A stretch of DNA of 64,000 nt from Camelus dromedarius. Lineage: Eukaryota. The DNA is taken from contig NC_087447.1 of the NCBI RefSeq assembly GCF_036321535.1, positions 48,548,001 to 48,612,000 on the forward strand. Reading direction: 5' to 3'. The notes under the pieces were generated by a model. That model made no database searches. It had not been told where the DNA came from and saw nothing but the letters and a program-made list of their open reading frames with translations. A program made the translations under genes and the position numbers. Shown piece by piece: positions 49,246 to 63,166 of the stretch. Position 1 is the stretch's first letter; each line of letters starts with the position of its first letter.

Positions 49246-51490
49246 TACAGGCATAGTCTCACTTTCGATTGTGTTCCCGGGGCCACAACCTGGAAGCTCT
49301 CTCATCCCACTCTAGCCACAGGGTTCCCCTTTCTCCCAGCTCCTGTGATCCTTACAGTGAGCAGCTCACAGCTTTCTATTTGATTATATCAAATTCTCTA
49401 TTCTTATATTGGCATGTGCTAATTTTGCCTTAAGGGCAGTGAACAGGCCTCCTCATTTTATTGGATTTCCATGGGGCACCTAGCATGGGGCTTGTCACAC
49501 AAAAGGTGTTCTCTGTACATCTGTGGAATTGAGGTGATTCACTTACATAAGCCAGGAATACCTACACATGACAGGGCTCTTAGCCATTAAACATTAGAGG
49601 CATAGAGGATAGACCTTTTCAATGCCTGAGAAACGGCTGGAGAATCCTCTCAAAAATTGTTGCCTCCAAAAGATATTACTGCCAATGGGAACAAAGCAAC
49701 TACAACAAAATAACATGTAGTGTAGACTACGAGGGCTAGTTAAGATCTTTGGAGACAGACAGACCTGGATTTGAATCCTGCCTTTGCTGCTTTATAGCTG
49801 TGTAACCTCAGGCAAGTTACACATTCTCTGCCTCAGTTTCTCTCACCTATAAAATGGAGATCATAGTATCTATCTCATCGTGAGGACTGAAGGAGGTAAG
49901 TGCACCTCAGTTCTTAGCACGGTGCCTGGCCAATAGTAAATGGTAAATACATTACCGGTGACAATGATAATCGTCATTAACATAAAGAATATTCCATAGA
50001 TTGAGGCTGGCGAGCAATACATAGTGCAATACCAGGAGGCCAGGCTGGACAAAGCTGTTAGAAAAAAGGGTTGAAGAACAGTGCAAGAAAGAAACAAAAT
50101 TATAAATAAGCTATGCACCAATCCACAGTCAGTCCTATTTAGAAATAGCTACCTACCCACTAAGTGTGCTTGGGGCCTTACAGACACACCACTTTCTAGC
50201 AGGACTAGTCAGAGTTTCTGAGGCATGGAAACTGGTGCAAATATAAAAGAATAAGGCCTTTCCACTCTATAGTTGTGGTGCAGTTGAGGCACATGGCTTT
50301 GAAAACCATTGAGTGGAAGAGCAGCGTAAGGGAGACAGAAGACGAGGCCCTCAGGCCAAGCTCTTCCATGTAACCACAGGCAAACCACTGACCATTGCGG
50401 GCCTTGCTTTCCACACAACCTGCTCTCCTTTCCTCCTTCGGTAGGTGAGGTTCAAGAGAAGGAGGGCTAAAGTGTTTCAGAAACTAGCATGCTGGCCAAA
50501 AGTAGGGTGGTTCTATTCATAGCTCTAGGGACCCTCATTTCCCCCTGTTTGCATGGCCCTGCCTCTCCTTCTGAGCCTCTCCAGACCCTTTCCAGACCCT
50601 TCCCATCTTTGAGACTTGGTCAGTCTCTCCTTCCCATGAAGTCTGTGGGGGGCCTTTTACTGCCCTGCCCTGTATCCACCTGTGGCTACATTGTCTTGTG
50701 ATGATTTGAGGGTCTGGGCAGGGTTAGCATCTAATTCTCTTCCCCATTCCTGGTGCTGGCAAGGGCCTGGCATTGAGTTGGCACCTTGGCAATGTGATTT
50801 GAATAAACATATGAAGCCATTCCAACTACCCTAAGCCACTGTGAGCCCTTCTGCTCTTGATTGCAGCATTCAAGAATTCACCTCGTAATGCATGCAACAT
50901 CTTCACATCGTGCTTAACTAACATTAATTCTGGATGGATTTGTCTTATCCCCCTACTGGCTGTCAGCACCCAGGGACTGCATCCTGTGCCCCCATCACCC
51001 TCACAGCACGCTTGGACCTGGGGAGTGCTCGGTACAGAGCTGTTGCTTCATTTGGAGCCAGACAGTTCTTGGGGCTCAGTCACCTGGTCCAGGTATTTGA
51101 TAATTGCTGCATCTGTCTCAGACATCATGAAAATAGTGGTTCAACACACAAGGTTTACAGCCAGACAGTTGGACCTGGTCAAGCTACCTAACTCTCTAAA
51201 TCTACCTCCTTATCTGTAAAATGGGGATAATAAGTATACTGACCTTATGGGGTTGGGATGAGCATTAAATAAGGGCTACATGTGAACCCTTAGCATGGTG
51301 CCCATCACAAGATAAACTCACCAAGTTCGCCATTGCTCTTATTATCTCAGACCAACCCTGCAATTCTGAGAACGCTGGCTCTGATCTCCACAGCTGTGAA
51401 GAAAGGGGAGCAGTGTTGCCCACAGGACAGTAGCATTCTGTCCCAGGCCGTTCCTCTGGCACTGGGGGAGACAGGTCATCGTATGTCCAC

Positions 51491-52749
51491 TGAAGGCTAA
51501 CATGCACCCCAAAATATGTCACTTTGGTATATTGATTATTTTGAGCTGTAAGTAGTTGAAAAATAACAAATGCAGGAAGGGGCTTTCCCCCCATGCCTGA
51601 AGACAGATGCTTCAAAAGGAACTCAACTGTCAGAAATCCCCTCCTTGAGGGTTTCACCAACCAAGAAAGATTTACTCTTACCACAGGAGAGACTACAAGT
51701 CGACACAACACCTAGACAAACTCACCAACTATCATCTCTCCCATCTCTGGGCCCATTCTATGAGTGCACTCATCATTCCTAAAAATCCCCCCTTCACCTG
51801 CCCTATTAAGATGGTATTTCATTTTGGAGAGGGTATGGAGAAAAGGGAACCCTCCTACACTGTTGGTGGGAATGTAGTTTGGTGCAGCCGCTATGGAGAA
51901 CAGTGTGGAGATTACTTAAAAAACTAAAAATAGACTTACCATATGATCCAGCAATCCCAATCCTGGATATATATCCAGAGAAAACTAATTCAAAAAGATA
52001 CATGAACCCTAATGTTCATAGCAGCACTGTTTACAATAGCCAAGACATGGAAACAGCCTAAAAGTCCGTCAACAGAGGAATAAAGATGATGTGGTATATA
52101 TACAATGTAATATTACTCAACCACAAAAAAGAATGAAATAATGCCATTTGTAACAACACGGATGGACCTGGAGATTGTCGTTCTAAGTAAAATAAACCAG
52201 AAAGAGAAAGAAAAATACCATATGATATCACTTATATGTGGAATCTAAAAAAATGAAACAAATTATTTACAAAACAGAAACAGACTCACAGACATAGAAA
52301 ACAAACATGGTCACTGGGGGAAAAAAGAGGATGGGGAGGGATAAATTGAGAGTTTGGGATTTGCAGGTACAAGCTATTATATATAAAATAGACAAACAGC
52401 AAGTTCCCACTGTGTAGCACAGGGAACTCAATTCAATACCTCGTAATAGCCTATAATGAAAAAATATGAAAAGGAATATATATAGTACAACTGAATCACT
52501 ATGCTGTACATCAGAAATTAACACAACATTGTAAATCAACTGTACTTCAATTAAAAAAAAATGGTAGTTCATCCTGAGCTCTAAGCCACCTCAGAGAGTT
52601 ACTCATTTTACCCTGGGTATCTCCCATGTATACATGATATATACATGTTAATAAACTTCTGTTTTCCTCCTCTTAATATGTTTTTTATTACAGAGGTTTT
52701 GGCTAAGAACTCAGAAGGGTAGAGGGAAAAGTATTTTTCCTCCCTTACA
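51491..52749 (+). mobile_element. MER34-like ERV1 solo LTR split by an L1 insertion
   Basis: Starts TGAAGG..caccccaaaatatgtcactttgg; AATAAA at 52650; ends agaagggtagagggaaaa..ttcctcccttaCA. Confidence 0.75.
51817..52560 (+). mobile_element. Young L1 3' end nested in the LTR
   Basis: ORF 51879..52061 is the L1 ORF2 C-terminus (LPYDPAIP); A-tail; TSD atggta at 51811-51816 and 52561-52566. Confidence 0.88.
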
Positions 52750-53761
52750 TGACAGTAGCTTGGTAAGAAAGAGGGTTTCCAGAATCCTGATGCACTCTGG
52801 AAATACTGGGGATATGAGCAGGTGCTCATGGAAGCTCTGCAGGAAGCTGAATATCAGCGCATCAGAACCTTTTCCTTGGGGGCCACAGAGCTCTGGGAAG
52901 CAGAAATCCTGAAGTGCATGGTGCAGGAAGGGAGCGGAAGCAGCACAGCACCTAAGCACCTAGTCCTTTACCTGTGTGGCTTCTTTGTGACAAGACAAAT
53001 GCCCCAGCCCCTGTTGAGGGACCTAAGCCAAGTCACCTGGAATGTTCCCTTTGCACAAGTGCTCAAATATTAGTGACTCATCATTGCAGCGTTAGCTCAT
53101 GCTAGTCCTGCTGCTGGGCAATGCTTCTCCTCATCAGACTCTGCCTATAAAAATTCTACCTGTCCTCCAAAGTGCATCTCAAAGGAGGCCTTATTCATTT
53201 ATCCAAAAATATTTGCTGAATGCCTTCTTATTTGAAACAGACCTTTTTCTGGGGATACCAAGAGGAATAAGGAGTGCAGGCAGCCAGGCAAATAAACAAA
53301 TATTGAAATTCAGTGAGATGGGGGCTACCGTAGAGGCATTTACAAAGTAGAGAGGGGTCTTAAAGCACTCACCGTGCAGGGAAAGCAAGTGACCACAATT
53401 AAACAAATGAAGAAAGTCATTTGAGAAAAAAGTTAGGAAGAAAATAAAGTTGGCTAATGTGAATGAAAGGGGCTAGAAATTTGGGTGTCAGAGAAGGCCT
53501 CCTGAAGTGACATTGAGCCGAGAGTGGAGTGGGGAGGAGAGCTCGGCCATGGTGGGAACAGCGAATGCAGAGGCCTGAAGAGTTGACAGCGATGAGCGTG
53601 GTGATTTTGAGTAGAAAGAATGTCATGGGTCTGGAATGCAGTAAGGGGAGGTGAGCCAAGATGAGATTATAGCAGAAATAAAGTGGTATACTCTGCTTTT
53701 TTTTTTCATTCCATATTATAATGTAAGAATGTTCTTGGTTGTGAAAAAAATATGTAAACAT

Positions 53762-53790
53762 TTTAATGACTGTATTAAAACATTTTTAAT
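53762..53790 (-). terminator. P4HA3: P4HA3 poly(A) signals: two ATTAAA hexamers (53790-53785 and 53767-53762)
   Basis: TTTAAT twice on the + strand, ~550 nt past the stop, after a U-rich upstream stretch. Confidence 0.6.
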
Positions 53791-54338
53791 GGCTGTACTA
53801 AAAAAATCATCATATAAAAAAAGAAGAAAGTTACTTTCTACTTTAAAAAAAAATCATCACATGAGGTACACTCCGGATACAGAGACACCCCCTGCTCAGT
53901 CTTCAGCAGAAGTCGGTGGGCAAAAGGGCAAATGGGGGGTCAGGCACCGCCTGCAGGTGTCCTCACTGCTGCTTCTAGGCCCCTGTGGTCAAGGTTCCAA
54001 GTGGCAAAAGCCCCACTGACCAAACCCTGGAGACTGTTGGTATGTCCTGTTCCCAACAGAGTGTCTGAGCTCCAGAAACTTCTCTCTCTCTCGCCTTCTT
54101 GCCCCCTCCTTTGTACTGTCCATTCTGCTGTGACTCATGGCTTTAGAAGAAATAATGTAAATTCTCAGGTGTCCCCTGCTAAAGACCACGTCCTTGTCTC
54201 CCATTTACAAGAAACAGGCAGTGCTGACTAGGCCCTCCTCCAGAAGCTTGCTCTCCTTTCTCCTCTCTTACCCTAGCTTTTGGCTTCTGGCTTCTCTGGA
54301 AAGCCACAGGACTCCTCCAGCTTCTCTCTGCCACCATT

Positions 54339-54409
54339 TTAGTCTTCAGGGCGTGAGCTGCAGGGTCTGCGGAATTCCTGTCCATACTCGTGTATCCACT
54401 TGTTGGCCA
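54339..54409 (-). CDS. P4HA3: P4HA3 terminal exon, coding part: ANKWIHEYGQEFRRPCSSRPED-stop
   Basis: ccctcAG acceptor; TAA at 54341-54339; NKW includes the 2-oxoglutarate-binding Lys. Confidence 0.95.
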
Positions 54410-54529
54410 CTGAGGGAGAATGGGGAGGAAGACAGCAGGCTCAGCAGAGCAGACAGTAGCGATGCTCACTCACAGGGTTGTTAATTCCACACCCTTGGCA
54501 GTTCATTTGCCTCGCCCTGGTCCCAGCCC

Positions 54530-54982
54530 TGCTGTGGACTACGAGATGTTGCTTCCAGCAGCCGTAAAGAGCAGAGACCCCTGGAAAAAGTCCCTAGCAG
54601 GTCCTGTCTACTACAGACTAATTTTCAAACCCATGGGTACTATGGCTGCTTACCCTTCATATAGCTCCTAAAAGCCCCCCTTCCCCCGGGGTACCACTGC
54701 AGGGTAATGAGAGAAAAGGGGTGGATTCTCCTAGCAGAGTTCATCTCAGCACGAAAGTCCCTCTTCTCCTTCTTTTGCTGTCTTCAGAGCTAAGTGCTCT
54801 TGGGCATGTATATGATATAAACACGTCCCCTTCTCATTTATCTCTTCCTTGTTTGACCATCTCCTCATGGTGATTGGCGGTTCTCTCCCTGGGCAGGGGA
54901 CTTGACCTCAGCACCATACTCTTCCTCAGCTGTGCTCAGGAATCAAGACCTATCTGGTGAGGCCAGTAAACTTTTACTGACA
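54530..54982 (+). mobile_element. Possible ancient ERVL-type LTR fragment (MER54/73/74-like) in the last P4HA3 intron
   Basis: Ends in gccagtaaacttttactgaCA, resembling those LTR termini. The 5' boundary is uncertain. Confidence 0.35.
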
Positions 54983-55181
54983 CCTGCTCTGTGACAGGAG
55001 CCTGCCCTTTACAGGATCCCATCTATTAGTGGCAAGTAAGCCAGAATCCAGTCACCTCAATATAATGTGGCACTGTTATGAAGCTTTTGGAATGAAAAGG
55101 CTATGCTATTTTCTATCCACCCCCTATATAACTACCCTAAACCCCTCACCCCATTCCTATGTCCAGAAAGGCAGGCCTTAC

Positions 55182-55278
55182 CCCACTTATCTCCTACCAG
55201 GACAGGACAGCCAGCATGAAGTGTGTCACCATCCCCTTCACCACTTCTGTGCAAGTTCCACCAAAACAGTGCTGCATT
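55182..55278 (-). CDS. P4HA3: P4HA3 exon (probably 12): NAALFWWNLHRSGEGDGDTLHAGCPVLVGDKW(V), with the distal Fe-binding His
   Basis: ttttcAG acceptor, GTAAGG donor; HAGCPV motif; visible in ORF 55132..55353. Confidence 0.96.
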
Positions 55279-56557
55279 CTGAAAACAAGATCCCCAGGAA
55301 GGATCAGACCAGAATCTCAGTCCTTTGGAAGCATTTACTGAGGACAAATACATGCATTATCATTAAACAAGAAAACCATCCATGCAGATCAGGGGAAATA
55401 AGAAAATGGTATAAGTTGCCATTTACTCATCCTTTACTCATACATCACTTATCGAAGGCCTGCTCAACAGGCCCTGAGAATGCAGAGACAAATCATGTCC
55501 CATTGTGCTGTTAGGGAGCTTGTAGTCTTGTGGGAGAGATGGACATAAAAACACACCAGGATGAGACAGTGTGACAAGTGCTGGGGGAAAGGTGAGCACA
55601 GGGTGTCAATTGGATCACTGAGGAGAGATACTCAGCAAAAAGCGCAAGGTGGAACAAACTATTCCTCACAACTAAGAACTTAATTCAGATGCTTACCCTT
55701 CCTTAGGCACTTCCTAATAACACCCCCCAGGAAGCAGGCATCATCATAATCCCCACCTTAACATCAAGGAAGTTGAGGCTTAGGGGCTTTAAGTCATACA
55801 ACCAAGAAGGAGTAAATTCGGGACTCAAACCCAGACGTTTTGACTCCAAATCTTGTATGTTCTCTCCCCCTCCATACTCAGTTTCTTCCCCCTATACGCT
55901 TACGTTAACCTTGGCCAACCCCCTGAGTTCTGATAGATATCCAACACTTACTTATTGAATGCTTAGGATGTGCTGGGCACTGTGCTGAGTGCTCCATGGC
56001 ATGACCTTAATTAACCTGTCTTCGTTTCATTCCTTAATTAAGTAAGAGCTGCCATCCCTGATTGATCTGACATTTAGGGGAAATATTCATTCATTAAACA
56101 AACCTCTTACAACATTAGCCCTCCTCTGTGCCTCATCTGACTTTACAGCATGGGTTACTGCCTGTTAACTTCTCTGTGAGCTCCTGGAGGCAAGGACTAT
56201 GAGTTTTCCTTGGTGCCCTCAGTGCCTCCAGCCCTCAATGTTGAACGAATGGCTAAAGGGACCTGTTGAGGATCCAGAGGGGAGTAAAACTGAGTTCTCA
56301 CCTTTGAGGAGTTCTGTTGTAATGTATAGGCGGACAGGGAACCATCTACTTGTAGTAAGTGTAAATAAAATGAAAAATACAGGCACGAATAACATGCCGT
56401 AATCAAGAAAACTGAGGGATTATCTTTGATTCTGGGGATCAGCCCAGCCTTTTTATCCCCCCTCCCAGGAATAAGCTTGCAAGCACAGACAGCATGAAAG
56501 CTAGGGTGTTAGTTCTGCACTCTTAAAACCATGTGTCGGGATCAGACCCCCACTTAC

Positions 56558-56626
56558 CTTGACCACAGGAACGCTGAAGTTGCCGTAGATGAAGGCTGTG
56601 GCTCCTCCAGCTTCCACAGAACTCAG
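56558..56626 (-). CDS. P4HA3: P4HA3 exon (probably 11): LSSVEAGGATAFIYGNFSVPVVK
   Basis: ttgtAG acceptor, GTAAGT donor, 69 nt; GGAT motif. Confidence 0.95.
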
Positions 56627-56956
56627 CTACAAGACCAGAGAAAAAGCCAGGGTTGAAACAGCCCGACTGCCCTACTCTGCCCTCCCTGACATCTGATGTC
56701 ATTTTTGCATAGATTTCCTCCTGTGTGCCCCCATTTCATCTCTGAGAGAAATACTTCTGGAAAGACTAACACCCAGTTTAGGAATTAAGAGAGGCTACTC
56801 AGTGGCATTGGTGTTTGCCTGCAGGGTCACTGGAGGACAACCTTTAGAAATTAACCCTTTCTTTACCCTTCCAGCTAACATCTTAGTGAGGACTGCCATA
56901 AGTAGATTCAAACTTTGAGACCCTCAGGAAGAAATATAGTTTATATCACAATCTAA

Positions 56957-56957
<1 letters not shown>

Positions 56958-56997
<40 letters not shown>
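56958..56997. repeat. (AC)20 microsatellite
   Basis: Read directly from the sequence. Confidence 0.95.
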
Positions 56998-57001
<4 letters not shown>

Positions 57002-60000
57002 TCCTGAAGTAAAAGTTTCATAAAACATTCTTACTACATGAGATACCCTCTGTTATTTCCATTTTTTAAAATTCTATTCTAGTTCAGATTTCTTAAATGC
57101 TGACCAGATCTACTAAATTGATTTCACAGCCCACTAATGGATCATGACCGGTGACTTACAGAGCACTGTTGAGACTACAATGATTAGTTTTGAAATTTGG
57201 GCATCACAGGAACTACTGATTGCACCTTTGGTGTGTTTCCCAGATCCCCCAGCCCCTCTCTAGGTAATCTCAGCTAAGGCGTTTCACCACTGGAATATCC
57301 TAGAATTATGGATGTGCTTTCTTAATATAAAGAGTTTTTTTCTGATTATCAAAGAAATACATGATAACCTAAATATTTTGAAAAATTCAGGAACATATTT
57401 TAAAATAATACTATTTATCATCTTACCATCCAGAGAACAAAAGCACTGTTATATTTTAATTGTAATAGTTGACATTTACTGAGCACTGGCCATGAGCACT
57501 GACCATATGTTAGGCATTATACCAAATCCATACAAATATATTATCTCGCTTATTCCTCACAACAAATACATCATCCTCACTTATTCCTATGAGTCAGGAT
57601 TGTTGTTATTCACTTTCTACAGATGAGGAAACTGAGTCTCAGATTAAGTGCTTCACAAAAGGTCACGTAACTCCTCGGCGACTGAGCCGGGACTGCAGCG
57701 GAGCCAGGCTAGCTGACTACAGAGTCCCTGCTTATGACCATTATGCTACATTCTTGAATTAGGTTATTTCCAAATGTTTACTATTACAAATAACACTGCA
57801 AACATCTTAACAAATAAAATTGTTTTTTCATTTTAGATTTCATAGGAAAGAGTATGAGCATTAGTAGTACTGGGTCAAAAGTATACAAATGTTCAATACT
57901 TTTGCTACATACTGCTAAATTATTTTCTAACCAGCAGCATGACCCACCCTAGCTGACTGTCTACCAGAACATTCAGGGTTCCCACCTTATTCACCTATGT
58001 CACAGAGCAAGGGCTATGGGAGTTAGGATGCTGGCACTCATAAGAGGAATCTGAGCTGACTTGGTGATTCAGAACCTGGAATGGGCAGTGGTGATTTTTA
58101 GCATATCTTGTCCTCCCCTGGTAGCCCTTTGGGAAGGGCGATGAGAACAACAATTTGCTCCTTGTATTCAAGTAACTAACAAACTGGACGATTCTATTCA
58201 AACCCCTACTGTCAGCCGCTGTGGGTGTAAGCAAGATACAGCGGGGGGGAACCTGTGCTTTCACAGTGGAGTGGGAAGGGACGACTTACCCAGCAAGTTG
58301 AAAAGAGAATCTGATCTGTGTGCTACAAAGCTCACAGTTTGTGATATTGGTAGAGGGGAGGGAAATCTTCCCTCTGTAAACTTTTCATGGTTTTGTACTG
58401 GGACTGATCTTATATCCCATCTGAGCAGAAAATCACTAACCTGATTTCAACTCAATCCTCTACTTCTTAAAGATTATCTTCCCCCTACAATATTACTTTT
58501 ATGTTCTCCATATACCTTCTCTCTTGTCTTTAGACATATTTATGATGGTGTTAGCCCGAACCTGAAGATGGAGGAATTGGGCATCACCTAGCACTTCCTG
58601 AGTCCCATGACGCTGGTGCAAGTATGGGGGCCTATACTTGCTTTCTGGGATACAGCACAGACACATGTTGTCTGAAACTTTAGAGAGTATCCCCTTACAT
58701 TATTTCATCAGATCCTCATGACAATCCTGTGAGGAGGCACAGGGCAAGAAAATGAGCTACACACAAACACACTTGCATTTGCTATTTAAAATCGCTGGGC
58801 TCTTGCATCCATGCTACACTTACCAAAGTAACTGGGCCTCTGGAATCAGGGAATCAGCTGCAGGAGACATTAGGAGGATAAAGAACAGAGAGATACTGGC
58901 CCACAGCTATCCTAGTCTTTGGTTGATAATGTTCTTCACTGCCTCTGACCTCCCATACCAGCTTGAGTCATCAACCAGAAATGTACCAGCTGCTGATCCA
59001 AGCTGCGTCCCCAGCCCAAAGAACTGACGTCCGCTTCCCTCTGTGCCTGATCAGAATGGTCAGAGTGACCACTGGAGGCCAGACACCACTGGCAGTGGCA
59101 GCCTTCCAGTTCTTCAGAAAAGTCAAAACCGAGCCACAGGAAGAAACATGTAGGGATTGCCAACATTAAGACTATAGAGCACCGGCCTCTGACTGTCCTT
59201 TCTTGGCTGCACTGTGGAGGTGAGTTACAGCACTAAGAAAAAAGAGAATGCTAGGGTGGGGTGTCTGCTATTCTAATGGGCCTGAAACCAGGACTTCCTC
59301 TTAGGGTGTTATGTAGAGCACTTATATTTAGCATGTTTATCCCTTCATTTAACAATAATACACCTCTTATAATTTAAGTGACAGATGATTGAAATTACGA
59401 CTTGTCCATAGACTTGTCTGTAAACCCACATGATATGAAGGCAAGAGGATAGGTGAGATGATGAAAACTGGCTCCAAATCCTGTAGGCTTAGGTCAGAAA
59501 TTAGGAGAGGAGGCCAATTTATTTTTTATGGGGGCGTAATGTAGATTTTACCAAAGAATTTGGAGGGGAGATAAGGAAGAAAAATTTCACTACAATTAAG
59601 AGAGCCACACACTGAATTTCTCTCTCAGCACCTCTGTTCTTCCCTCTCGTGATCCCTGCTGCTTCATTTCTCACCTCTCTTTCCCCTCACAGCGCCACAG
59701 CCTCAGCTATGGGTCTGTGCTTTTCAATACCAACTAGTCTATGGGGCCTCAAAGAGAGACTCTCACATCCCCGTCCTGTGTTGTTCAGGTCCCAGGATCT
59801 CTTGGCCAACCCCACTTCCCATCCTAATCACTGCTGATGACAAGGTCACATTTAGGTCTACACAATGTAAGTAAGCTCCTTGAGGGCAGGAGCTGACATG
59901 TATTTCTTTGTACCTCCTATAGTGCCCAAGACGAATGCTGTATGAAATTCAAACACATCCCGGAGATTTTGGTGCTATGAACTTCATATAAAATCAAAAT

Positions 60001-60082
60001 CTGCTATTGCTTTAAAAAACCATAAAATAAAAGAGATATAGTCATGAAGTAAGTAGCCTGGTCCCTCCAGAGCAAGACTCAC

Positions 60083-60145
60083 ATAGATCATAAATGTTGC
60101 AACTCGGTTCCCAGACTTCATTCTGTACAGTGGGCTGGTTGGTGA
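60083..60145 (-). CDS. P4HA3: P4HA3 exon (probably 10): SPTSPLYRMKSGNRVATFMIY
   Basis: tctcAG acceptor, GTGAGT donor, 63 nt in frame; GNRVATFMIY motif. Confidence 0.95.
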
Positions 60146-60544
60146 CTGAGACAAAAATAGAACATACCATTATTTTATGCAGATGGCACCAGAGTGACAA
60201 CCAGGATTCCACCACAATACAGGGAGGAGAGAAATGGGGTGTCACAGATGGGATACAGACTTGAGCTATACCTAGTCAAGTATGTGCCCATCTTTGCTGG
60301 CAGGTACTCAATACACTGTTTTTTTAACCAGTTTATTAGATACTCATATAAGTGAATTATATACTAATCAAACAAAATTGCTTGTCAGTAGCGAAAGTCC
60401 TATGTGAGGGGTTAATTGCACGTTTACATTCTTATTGGTATAACTTAGTATATAAAATACCATAGATAATTATTCTGTAAAAATACCAAGTCTTAAAACT
60501 GGAGTTCCTGATTATTTGCCAAAAAGACAAACTCTTGTCATAGA

Positions 60545-62630
60545 ACAGTTAAATGAGATATAATTCACATGCCATAAAATTCAATCATTGTAAGAGCATT
60601 TTTCAATGAGTTTTAGTAAATTTTAATAGTTGTGCAGGTATTCCCATCATCCAATTTTAGAAAGCTTGCATCAGCTGAAAAAGTTCCCTTAGGTCAATTT
60701 GCCCATTCCCACCCCCAACTCTGGGCAACCACTGATCTGCTTTCTGTCTCTATAGTTTTGTCTTTTCTAGAAATTTTATATAAATACAATCATAAATATG
60801 TAGTCTTTTGTTGTTGGCTTCTTTCACTGAGCATAGTGTTTTTAAGGTTCATCTATGTTGTTGTTTGTATTAGTAATTCTTTTTTTTTTTGTAATTGAAA
60901 TATAGTCAGTTTACAATCTTGCATCAATTTCTGGTCACAATGTCCCAGTCATGTATATACATACATATATTTGTTTTCATACTCTTTTTCATTAAAGGTT
61001 ATTACAAGATATTGAATATAGTTCCCTGTGTCATTTCTTCTTAATGCTTAGTAGTGTTCCATTGTGTGGACATAGAAAAATGTGTTTATTTACTCACCTG
61101 TTGATGAACTTTTGGGTTGTTTCCAATTCTTGGTTATTACAAATAAAGCTGCTATAAACATCTTGTATAAGTCTTTGTATGGACATATATTTCCTTTTCT
61201 TTGGGGTAAGATACCTAGGAGTAAAATGGCTGGATCATATGTAGGTGTATGTTTAACTTTTTAAAAAACTGCCAAACTGTTTTCCAAAGTGTCTGTACCA
61301 CCTGACATTCGCATCAGTGGATTCTGAGAGCTCCAGTTCCTCCACATCCTCAACACTTGATATGATCTGTCTCTTTTATTTTAGCCATTCCAATAGGAGT
61401 GTGATACTATTTCACTGTGGTTTTAATTTTCATTTCCCTAATGATGTTGATCATCTTTTTCATGTGCTTATTAGCCATTCATTTATCTTCTTTGGTAAAG
61501 TGCCCATTCAAATAATCTATTTGATTATTAACCTATTAAAATAATAATTCAAATAAGCCCATTTTAAAATACTGAGTTATCTAATTATTGAATGATAAGT
61601 TTCTAATATATTTTGGATGTAGTCCTTTATCAGATACATGATTTCTCCTGGTTGGTGACATGTCTTTTCATTTTCTAATAGTGTTTTTGAAAAGCAAATT
61701 ATTTTAATTTTGATGAGGTCCAATTTACCACTTTTATTTTTCTTTTATGATTCATGCTTTGGTAGACTATCTAAGAAATCCTTGCCTGACCCATGGTCAC
61801 AAAGATTTTTTCTATGTTTTCTTTTAGAAGTTTTATAACTTTGCATCCTACATTTAGGTCTATGATCCATTTTGAGTTAGTTTTTGTATATGGTGAGAAG
61901 GGTCTAGAGTTGTTACAGTTATTATTATTTTGCAGATAGACAACTTTTCCAACCATTTGTTTAAAAGACTATCTTTTTGGATACAAATTTTATTTACAAG
62001 CCAGAAATAGACTCACGGACATAGGAAATAAACTATGGTTATCAGAGGGTAGGGGAGGATAGATTAGGAGTTTGGGATTAACAGATGCACACTACTATAT
62101 ATAAAATAGATAAACAACAAGGACCTACTATACAGCACAGGGAACTATATTCAATTTCTTGTAATGAGCTGTAATGGAAAAGAATCTGAAAAAATACATA
62201 TGTATGTATGTATATGTATAACTGAATTGTTTTGCTGTACACCTGAAACTCGCATTGGAAACTGACTACACTTCAAAAAAGAATTTTAAAAAAAGGCTAT
62301 CTTTTCCTCATTAAATTTCCTTGGCACCTTTGTCAAAAATCAATTGACCATGAATGTGTGGGTTTATTTCTGGACTCTATTCTGTTGCACTGACCTACGT
62401 GTCTCTCCTTACACCAATACCACACTGCGTTATTCCTGCAGCTCTATTATTAAATTTTGAAATCAGGTAGTGTATGTTGTCCAACTTTGTCCTTCTTTTT
62501 CAAAATTGTAATGGCTGTTCTAGGTCCTTTTCTTTCCATATACATTTTGTGAACAGCTTGTTGATTTCTATAAAAATAAACCTATAATTTTGATAAAGTT
62601 TGGGTTGAATCTATAGATCAATTCTGGGGA
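60545..62630 (-). mobile_element. Older L1M fragment with two nested younger L1 3' ends (~60880-61030 and 61978-62290)
   Basis: Antisense L1 text; ORF 61771..61956 resembles ORF2 (PYTKTNSKWIIDLNV). Confidence 0.8.
61978..62290 (+). mobile_element. Young L1 3' end nested in the opposite orientation
   Basis: TSD aaaag(a/g)ctatctttt at 61963-61977 and 62291-62305. Confidence 0.85.
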
Positions 62631-63006
62631 GAGCTTTTTAATCCTCAGAAATTATTTGCTGAGTACCTGTTAGCAAAGATGGGCAGCTGAAATCATGAGG
62701 AATGAAGAGTAACTGGAGGAAGGACAATTTTCACTAGGAAGTTCCTGAGTGAAGTAAGACAGAAGACTTCATGCAAGAGCACATTCTTCTCCCCACTAGC
62801 AAATTTTAGAGAGAGGGATGGTGACATATGAGAAATGAGTCAGCAGCAATCAGCCTGAAACCAAGGTTTTCAGATCTACCTAGAACAAAAACCTTTATTC
62901 TAAGATTAGAATGAACTTTGGGGGCTCTATAGGAGCTCTGCCTCAGAGAAATAAATAATACCCTGGTTCCCTACCCCAGGAGATTGGTCACTGACCCCAC
63001 AGTTAC

Positions 63007-63166
63007 CGTAGCATGGTCGAAGTGAGGCTCATAGTGCCCTCCGATTCCATAGTTTACCACCTGGAGGTACTCTGCGTAGGGAGGCTGGACGTCAAGGCCT
63101 GTGAGGGCAGCAATGCGATGGTCAAGGGTCACCAGCATTGGGTCAACAGTGTCCTTCAGCCAGGCA
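63007..63166 (-). CDS. P4HA3: P4HA3 exon (probably 9): (S)AWLKDTVDPMLVTLDHRIAALTGLDVQPPYAEYLQVVNYGIGGHYEPHFDHAT, with the HxD Fe(II) motif
   Basis: ttttAG acceptor and GTAACT donor on the - strand; 2-oxoglutarate dioxygenase LQVVNYGIGGHYEPHFD motif; visible in ORF 62971..63294. Confidence 0.96.

Noticed and set aside
55029..55514. 161-aa + strand ORF
   Set aside because: Antisense shadow over a real P4HA3 exon, with no recognisable homology.
58284..58292. Strong-looking donor (TGG|GTAAGT) on the - strand in a P4HA3 intron
   Set aside because: No convincing upstream acceptor or P4H-like reading frame; flanking exons already join in frame.
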